64,000 bases of DNA from Eledone cirrhosa (lineage: Eukaryota). Below the pieces are notes generated by a model that worked only from the letters and a program-made list of their open reading frames with translations, made no database searches and was not told the DNA's origin. Location of the stretch: NCBI GenBank assembly GCA_964016885.1, contig OZ024765.1, positions 1,426,001-1,490,000 on the forward strand. Direction: 5' to 3'. A program made the position numbers and the translations under genes. Of this stretch, positions 55,250-64,000 are shown one piece after another; within the stretch, counting starts at the first letter, position 1; every line of letters starts with the position of its first letter.

Positions 55250-56615
55250 TAGTGATGGTGATGGTGGTGATGGTGGTGGTGGTGATGATGGTGGTGGTGG
55301 TGGTGGTGATGATGGGTGGTGGTGATGATGGTGGTGATGGTGGTGGTGGTGGTGATGATGGTGGTGATGGTGGTGGTGGTGATGATGGTGGTGGTGGTGG
55401 TGATGGTGGTGATGATGGTGGTGGTGGTGGTGATGATGGTGGTGGTGGTGATGGTGGTGGTGGTGATGGTGGTGGTGGTGATGGTGGTGGTGGTGATGAT
55501 GATGGTGGTGATGGTGGTGGTGGTGATGATGGTGGTGGTGGTGGTGATGGTGGTGATGATGGTGGTGATGGGTGGTGGTGGTGGTGATGATGATGGTGGT
55601 GATGGTGGTGATGGTGGTGATGGTGGTGGTGGTGGTGGTGATGATGGTGGTGATGGTGGTGGTGGTGGTGGTGATGATGGTGGTGATGGTGGTGGTGGTG
55701 ATGATGGTGGTGATGGTGGTGGTGGTGATGATGGTGGTGATGGTGGTGGTGGTGATGATGGTGGTGATGGTGGTGGTGGTGATGGTGGTGATGATGGTGG
55801 TGGTGGTGGTGATGGTGGTGATGGTGGTGGTGGTGGTGGTGATGGTGGTGGTGGTGATGATGATGGTGGTGATGGTGGTGGTGGTGATGATGATGGTGGT
55901 GGTGGTGGTGGTGGTGATGATGGTGGTGGTGGTGGTGATGGTGGTGATGATGGTGGTGATGGGTGGTGATGATGATGGTGGTGATGGTGGTGATGGTGGT
56001 GATGGTGGTGGTGGTGGTGGTGATGATGGTGGTGATGGTGGTGGTGGTGGTGGTGATGATGGTGGTGATGGTGGTGGTGGTGATGATGGTGGTGATGGTG
56101 GTGGTGGTGATGATGGTGGTGATGGTGGTGGTGGTGGTGGTGATGGTGGTGATGATGGTGGTGATGGTGGTGATGGTGGTGATGATGGTGGTGATGGTGG
56201 TGATGGGTGGTGGTGGTGATGGTGGTGGTGGTGATGATGGTGGTGATGGTGGTGATGGGTGGTGGTGGTGATGGTGGTGGTGGTGATGATGGTGGTGATG
56301 GTGGTGGTGATGGTGGTGGTGGTGGTGGTGGTGATGATGGTGGTGATGGTGGTGGTGGTGATGATGATGGTGGTGATGGTGGTGGTGGTGATGATGGTGG
56401 TGATGGTGGTGGTGGTGGTGATGGTGGTGGTGGTGATGATGGTGATGATAATGATGGTGGTGATGATGGTGGTGGTGGTGGTGGTGATGATAGTGGTGGT
56501 GATGATGGTGGTGATGATGATGGTGATGATAATGATGGTGGTGATGATGGTGGTGGTGATGATGGTGGTGATGATGATGGTGATGATGATGGTGGTGATG
56601 ATGATGGTGATGACA
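55250..56615. repeat. (GGT/GAT)n compound repeat
   Basis: Direct reading. Confidence 0.95.
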
Positions 56616-56844
56616 ATGTTGACGACGGTGGAGATGGGGGTGATGACCAACTATATTCACATGACTTCTCAGCCCCCACCCCCACCCCCAATCAAATCTG
56701 GTGATGACTAGAGGGGAAAGTAACAGAAAAACAGAACAAATGAAAGGGGGGGGGGAGCGACCTTCAAAGTACATCACTATATACACACATATATATATAT
56801 ACACATATATATATACATCTATACACACATATATATATACACAT

Positions 56845-56887
<43 letters not shown>

Positions 56888-57340
56888 TATACATACACAC
56901 ACAAATATATATATAATACACATATATATACATACACATGTATATACACACATATATACACACACACACACACACCTATATATATATATATATACATACA
57001 TACATACATATATATACACATATATATATATACACACACATATAGATATATATACACATATAGACACACATACATCTTCCTCGTGATGATGCAAGTTATC
57101 TAAGAGTGAGAAGGGAGCGGGTAGAAGGTCACCCTGGTTCCTGCCCGGTAAACAACTTTAGTGAAATCAACCCATGTAAGACATGTTGTGATAATGATGT
57201 CATCCACTAATTCGGTTTTTATTTTAAAAGCAAAACGCAGAAATATAAAAATAAATCAACCAATTCCAATTCTATTTCCATTTCCATCATCCACTTTTAA
57301 AAAATATTACATCATACACAAAACGCCAGCATCCACAGTT

Positions 57341-57782
57341 TTCCAAGAGATGTCAACATGAAAGGACCTGCTATTTTTATCTAAAGACATTTTTTTCCAA
57401 TTCCAACCCTTCAATCTATTTTATTTCTCATTCTTTCTTCTGATGAAGGACTAGCATCCGAAACGTTAAGACCCTCTTCCTGCTATATCAAGCGTTAAGC
57501 TAATATATCCCTTCCGTCACGTTAAGACCCTCTTCCTGCTATATCAAGCGTTAAGCTAATATATCCCTTCCGTCACGTTAAGACCCTCTTCCTGCTATAT
57601 CAAGCGTTAAGCTAATATATCCCTTCTGTAAAGTTAAGACCCTCTTCCTGCTATATCAAGCGTTAAGCTAATATATCCCTTCCGTCACGTTAAGACCCTC
57701 TTCCTGCTATATCAAGCGTTAAGCTAATATATCCAGCCCTTCCATATACTGTACCGATTGTGTTGTTTCTGTTTACCTTTTA
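57341..57782 (+). mobile_element. F1 HHR element containing a 5x56-bp tandem expansion; other copies at about 11905-12125 and 14896-15092
   Basis: Three homologous copies ending at (TA)n. Confidence 0.7.
57436..57471 (+). ncRNA. Minimal type-I hammerhead (family F1)
   Basis: tctt-CTGATGA-aggactagcatcc-GAAA-cg-TT^-aaga. Confidence 0.7.
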
Positions 57783-57823
57783 CATACATATATATAGTTT
57801 TGAGACGCTGGATATTAAAATTC

Positions 57824-58266
57824 GTAGGAAAATGGAAAAACTCGGCGTATGGAAGCTGTTAAAACAGCAAAATACTGTCAAAGCAGTGTTGGGTAAAATA
57901 TTACCTGGAAGGATCAGCAGCTCGGTGTGAGTGGATCTGAAGGAAGGAAGAGAAGATAGGATGGAAGAATAGAATGGATGAATGAGAAGAGGTCACAAAT
58001 ATTAAAATATGTTCTTCAGATCTCAACGTCTGCAGTTTCCACGAATTAATGAGATTACTGCAAAGAATAGGAGGCTCGTAATGGAGAAATAAATATCTTT
58101 GTTCCTATAATGTTTGTGTTGGGACAGTTTTCTCTTCTTTTCTTCGAGTCAACTCACGCCTAGCTGCTCATCTCTGTCCTTCCAGGTAATATTTTACCCA
58201 ACTCCGCTGCGACGATATATTGCAATTTTAACAGCTTCCATACACCAAGTTTTTCCATTTTCCTAC
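57824..58266. mobile_element. Foldback/MITE-like element with about 110-bp imperfect inverted arms
   Basis: gtaggaaaatggaaaaact...gggtaaaatattacctggaagga versus its reverse complement at about 58150-58266. Confidence 0.6.
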
Positions 58267-58554
58267 AAATATATGTGTGTATTTATGTATAGAACAACAA
58301 ATTATTCTATGTATTATACATGCACCTTTGATGAGTTGTAGTGCACCTGAGCACTAATAATATATTTATTATATATATATATACACACACATGGGTGTGT
58401 GTGTGTGTGTGTGTGTCTCATGACTCATACACTGTTCACTTTCCTGACATTTGTACATTATTCTATGTACTATACATGCACCTTTGATGAGTTGTAGTGC
58501 ACCTGAGCACTGTATACAATAATTTCATTATTATTATCATTATTATTAAAAAAA

Positions 58555-58745
58555 GGGGATTGGCAGTATCGGTAGAGAGTCGGACGCCATGCTTTCCAGT
58601 ATAGTTACGTCCCTTTACGGTCTGAGTTCAAATCCCGCCGAGGTTTACTTTGCCTTTCATCCTTACGGGGTCGATAAAATAAAGTACCAGTAATACACTA
58701 GGTAATTGCTGGCCTTGTGCCTAAAGTAGAAACAATTATTATTAA
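58555..58745 (+). mobile_element. SINE with Meta-like central domain; further copies or tandems at about 7376-7500, 14320-14605, 54740-55222, 17980-18560 (-)
   Basis: gttcaaatcc B box followed by gcctttcatccttacggggtcgataaaataaagtaccag. Confidence 0.7.
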
Positions 58746-59170
58746 AAAAAACAGAAGTCCGGTGTAGGTAGAGAGTTAGTTCATTGTTTTACGATCGTTT
58801 CAGAGGGTGGATTGATCGATAGAGATCACTGTATCAACTAGCATGGTAGTGGTTAAGTTACTTCCCATTTCTAGTCTCGATATCCCTGTTTAATCAGCTG
58901 TCTTCTTCAGAAACACTAAATAGATTTTTACAGACAAAACCAACTGGCAGAAGATCCAGAGGAAGATGGTTGGATAACAGCCATGTGCTGAAGAATCCAT
59001 ATATATATTTATTGTATAGAAGGAGCTTCTACAAGACTAGTACTGTTTCATCTGAATGAAACAGTACTAGTCTTGTAGAAGCTCCTTCTATACAATAAAT
59101 ATATTTTACTCTGCCATGTATTGAGTACCTTACTTACTGTGGTTATCCCCGACTCAACCCGGGACCTACG

Positions 59171-59220
<50 letters not shown>

Positions 59221-59390
59221 AAAATGTTCGAGACCCCGATGGCAGAGCTCAAGCCGTTTCGACGGCTTTTTCGGGACTAGTCTAGAACATTTTCCTATTA
59301 CCCACTCTCCTGCCCTAAGTATTGAGTACTCTGGTGCGTTATGGTCCACCTGGTTCCTTACCACAATTCCTTCGTTGTGTGTATATATAT

Positions 59391-59764
59391 TTTCCACCAG
59401 CGGTGCCTGCGTAAGATCCTTCATGTGTCCTGGCGCGAAACGAGGAGATCCTGCGGAGAGTCGAGTCGTGGACGCTACAGAGAGGGGTCACGGAGCGTTG
59501 GTGCCGTCTGGCTGGCTGGCTGGCTGGCCATATTCTGTGTCTGCCAAATGAACGGCATTTGAAAACAGCGATGAACTGGACTCCGCCTGTCGGTAATCGG
59601 AGGTTGCCCAAGGGTCACCTGGCGACAAAACGTTCCGGAAGGACCTGATGGCAGCCAACATCACCTGGCAGGGTCTCGAAAAAGTTGCCGCTGATCGTCA
59701 CCGTTGGCGAGTACGCACTGCTCGATGCGCCGAACGGCGCGGAAGAATCTAAGACTAAGACTAA

Positions 59765-59767
<3 letters not shown>
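59391..59767 (+). mobile_element. RTE-type LINE 3' fragment, frameshifted
   Basis: FHQRCLRKILHVSW...GHILCLPNER...AADRHRWR; (CTAAGA)3 tail. Confidence 0.8.
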
Positions 59768-59818
<51 letters not shown>

Positions 59819-59976
59819 GGAGGTGAGTTTTATTGTAGTACAATAAAGCAATGCAGATATCAGATAAGAAGCACTCTACAGTTTGTAGGACTGGAGTATA
59901 CATAATATATAAGAACAAAAGATGGTTAAAAGAGTTCCATGTATTTTATTATGCGCATTTCATTGTTCTTATATAT

Positions 59977-60026
<50 letters not shown>

Positions 60027-60193
60027 TTTGCGCGTAATTGTTTTTCACCGCTCCTATTAATGACGTATTATTCGTTTTTTCCCGTTCTTTGCCAGCGAAC
60101 GTTACCACGAACCAAAGTATCGTCTTCCTGTCTTCCTCCGGTTTGCAACGTTTTTTGAAATATCCAGTTCTGCGTTTACAGATTGACTTTGTT

Positions 60194-60244
60194 AGTTTCA
60201 GAAGATCCCGTTAAGGGTGAAAGCAGCGATTCTTTGCTTAAACT
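60194..60244 (+). ncRNA. Type-I hammerhead-like motif, U4A core variant (family F7)
   Basis: agttt-CAGAAGA-t ccc gttaa ggg t-GAAA-gca...tgc-TT^-aaact; same CAGAAGA in the minus copy at about 50852-50915. Confidence 0.6.
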
Positions 60245-60882
60245 TTAATCTGTTATTTTAATAAATATATATATATATATATATCACATATATATCATAT
60301 ATATATATATATATATATATATAATGGAGGCACATAGTTTAGTGGTTAGAGCATTGGCTTTGCAATCAAAAGGTTGTGAGTTCAATTCTCAGACCGGGTG
60401 ATGTGTTGTTTCCTTGAGCAAGACACTTTATTTCACATTGCTCCAGTTTACTCAGCTGTAGAAATGAGATGATAGGGACTGGAGTCCCTATCATTCCACT
60501 GCAAAGTGGTCGTGGAGGTGCCACGGCAAAAAAGCACCCAGCACTCACTGTAAATGAGGTTGGTGTTAGGAAGGGCATCCAGCTGTAGAAACCAAGCTAG
60601 AATCAGTTCCCGTCCCACCCTTGCAAGCAGGGAAAAGTGGACGTAAAATGAAATGATGAAAACATGATGATGATATATATATACACACACACACACATAG
60701 TAACATGTATGTTTGTTGTGTATATAGATGTACAGAGCGATATATATACAGTAATAAATAAATGATTAAAAAATCATAGGGAAATGTCAGGAGAGAGAGA
60801 GAGAGAGAGAAGGGGGGAAACAGAAATAACTGTAATAGTTGAAAATAAACTAAGGTCAGATTTTGTATCATATTATAATATG

Positions 60883-60920
<38 letters not shown>

Positions 60921-60998
60921 TCATATACACATGCAAATATGTTCATGCACATACATATACACACATATATATATATATATATACACACTCCCATTCAC

Positions 60999-61040
<42 letters not shown>

Positions 61041-61069
61041 TATACACATACACACACAACCACATTACA

Positions 61070-64000
61070 CAGCCACTGTTTAGTATTACGCATTAAAGGC
61101 CACACACAATCTACTGTTTAGTTATACAGAGTTAAGGGCCACACACAATCCAGACAACCATTGTTTAGTTATACAGAGTTAAGGGCGACACACAATCTAG
61201 ACAAGCTACTGTTTAGTTATACAGAGTTAAGGGCGACACACAATCCAGACAAGCTACTGTTTAGTTATACAGAGTTAAGGGCGACACACAATCCAGACAA
61301 GCTACTGTTTAGTTATACAGAGTTAAGGGTGACACACAATCCAGACAAGCTACTGTTTAGTTATACTGAGTTAAGGGCCACACACAATCCAGACAAGCTA
61401 CTGTTTAGTTATACAGAGTTAAGGGTGACACACAATCCAGACAGGCTACTGTTTAGTTATACTGAGTTAAGGGCGACACACAATCCAGACAAGCTACTGT
61501 TTAGTTATACAGAGTTAAGGGCGACACACAATCCAGACAAGCTACTGTTTAGTTATACAGAGTTAAGGGCAACACACAATCCAGACAAGCTACTGTTTAG
61601 TTATACAGAGTTAAGGGTGACACACAATCCAGACAAGCTACTGTTTAGTTATACAGAGTTAAGGGCAACACACAATCCAGACAAGCTACTGTTTAGTTAT
61701 ACAGAGTTAAGGGAGACACACAATCCAGACAAGCTACTGTTTAGTTATACAGAGTTAAGGGCAACACACAATCCAGACAAGCTACTGTTTAGTTATACAG
61801 AGTTAAGGGTGACACACAATCCAGACAGGCTACTGTTTAGTTATACTGAGTTAAGGGCAACACACAATCCAGACAAGCTACTGTTTAGTTATACAGAGTT
61901 AAGGGTGACACACAATCCAGACAAGCTACTGTTTAGTTATACAGAGTTACGGGTGACACACAATCCAGACAAGCTACTGTTTAGTTATACAGAGTTAAGG
62001 GTGACACACAATCCAGACAAGCTACTGTTTAGTTATACAGAGTTAAGGGTGACACACAATCCAGACAAGCTACTGTTTAGTTATACAGAGTTAAGGGCAA
62101 CACACAATCCAGACAGGCTACTGTTTAGTTATACAGAGTTAAGGGTGACACACAATCCAGACAAGCTACTGTTTAGTTATACAGAGTTAAGGGAGACACA
62201 CAATCCAGACAAGCTACTGTTTAGTTATACAGAGTTAAGGGTGACACACAATCCAGACAAGCTACTGTTTAGTTATACAGAGTTAAGGGAGACACACAAT
62301 CCAGACAAGCTACTGTTTAGTTATACAGAGTTAAGGGAGACACACAATCCAGACAAGCTACTGTTTAGTTATACAGAGTTAAGGGCGACACACAATCCAG
62401 ACAAGCTACTGTTTAGTTATACAGAGTTAAGGGTGACACACAATCCAGACAAGCTACTGTTTAGTTATACTGAGTTAAGGGCCACACACAATCCAGACAA
62501 GCTACTGTTTAGTTATACAGAGTTAAGGGTGACACACAATCCAGACAGGCTACTGTTTAGTTATACTGAGTTAAGGGCGACACACAATCCAGACAAGCTA
62601 CTGTTTAGTTATACAGAGTTAAGGGCGACACACAATCCAGACAAGCTACTGTTTAGTTATACAGAGTTAAGGGCAACACACAATCCAGACAAGCTACTGT
62701 TTAGTTATACAGAGTTAAGGGTGACACACAATCCAGACAAGCTACTGTTTAGTTATACAGAGTTAAGGGCAACACACAATCCAGACAAGCTACTGTTTAG
62801 TTATACAGAGTTAAGGGTGACACACAATCCAGACAAGCTACTGTTTAGTTATACAGAGTTAAGGGTGACACACAATCCAGACAAGCTACTGTTTAGTTAT
62901 ACAGAGTTAAGGGAGACACACAATCCAGACAAGCTACTGTTTAGTTATACAGAGTTAAGGGCGACACACAATCCAGACAAGCTACTGTTTAGTTATACAG
63001 AGTTAAGGGTGACACACAATCCAGACAAGCTACTGTTTAGTTATACAGAGTTAAGGGAGACACACAATCCAGACAAGCTACTGTTTAGTTATACAGAGTT
63101 AAGGGAGACACACAATCCAGACAAGCTACTGTTTAGTTATACAGAGTTAAGGGAGACACACAATCCAGACAAGCTACTGTTTAGTTATACAGAGTTACGG
63201 GTGACACACAATCCAGACAAGCTACTGTTTAGTTATACAGAGTTAAGGGTGACACACAATCCAGACAAGCTACTGTTTAGTTATACAGAGTTAAGGGCGA
63301 CACACAATCCAGACAAGCTACTGTTTAGTTATACAGAGTTAAGGGTGACACACAATCCAGACAAGCTACTGTTTAGTTATACAGAGTTAAGGGTGACACA
63401 CAATCCAGACAAGCTACTGTTTAGTTATACAGAGTTACGGGTGACACACAATCCAGACAAGCTACTGTTTAGTTATACAGAGTTAAGGGTGACACACAAT
63501 CCAGACAAGCTACTGTTTAGTTATACAGAGTTAAGGGCGACACACAATCCAGACAAGCTACTGTTTAGTTATACAGAGTTAAGGGTGACACACAATCCAG
63601 ACAAGCTACTGTTTAGTTATACAGAGTTAAGGGTGACACACAATCCAGATAAGCTACTGTTTAGTTATACAGAGTTAAGGGTGACACACAATCCAGACAA
63701 GCTACTGTTTAGTTATACAGAGTTAAGGGCAACACACAATCCAGACAAGCTACTGTTTAGTTATACAGAGTTAAGGGCAACACACAATCCAGACAAGCTA
63801 CTGTTTAGTTATACAGAGTTAAGGGCAACACACAATCCAGACAAGCTACTGTTTAGTTATACAGAGTTAAGGGTGACACACAATCCAGACAAGCTACTGT
63901 TTAGTTATACTGAGTTAAGGGCCACACACAATCCAGACAAGCTACTGTTTAGTTATACAGAGTTAAGGGTGACACACAATCCAGACAAGCTACTGTTTAG
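61070..64000. repeat. 48-bp satellite, about 60 copies, runs off the window
   Basis: acacaatccagacaagctactgtttagttatacagagttaagggNRac; phase repeats every 240 nt. Confidence 0.96.

Noticed and set aside
61070-64000. Possible CRISPR array
   Set aside because: Contiguous 48-bp units with no unique spacers, no cas genes and a eukaryotic context.

Overview
AT-rich, microsatellite-saturated animal genomic DNA; the SINE, LINE and MITE repertoire suggests an octopus or other cephalopod (inference). One protein-coding gene is supported: a minus-strand homeodomain-type ceramide synthase (CerS/LASS). Nine phase-consistent GT-AG exons (29244 to 13984) give about 330 aa; the first coding exon was not found in the window. 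The rest is repeats: tRNA-derived SINEs, RTE and CR1/L2 LINE 3' fragments, a non-autonomous Helitron, TTAA and Tc1/mariner-like MITEs, and several mini/satellite arrays. The hidden signal is about 25 type-I hammerhead ribozyme (HHR) motifs, intact or decayed, in roughly 10 short non-coding element families with no evident sequence similarity. They look like Penelope-like pLTR fragments or retrozymes, mostly sit in (TA)n and often form inverted hairpins. They include catalytic-core variants (U3/A8, U4A, U4C), a 591-bp monomer whose inverted copy reads across its own end-to-start junction, and a second shared stem (RCUCYR...RUDGAGY) downstream of the ribozyme. All folds were done by eye and none has been computed or tested. 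Most long ORFs in the ORF track are repeat artefacts.
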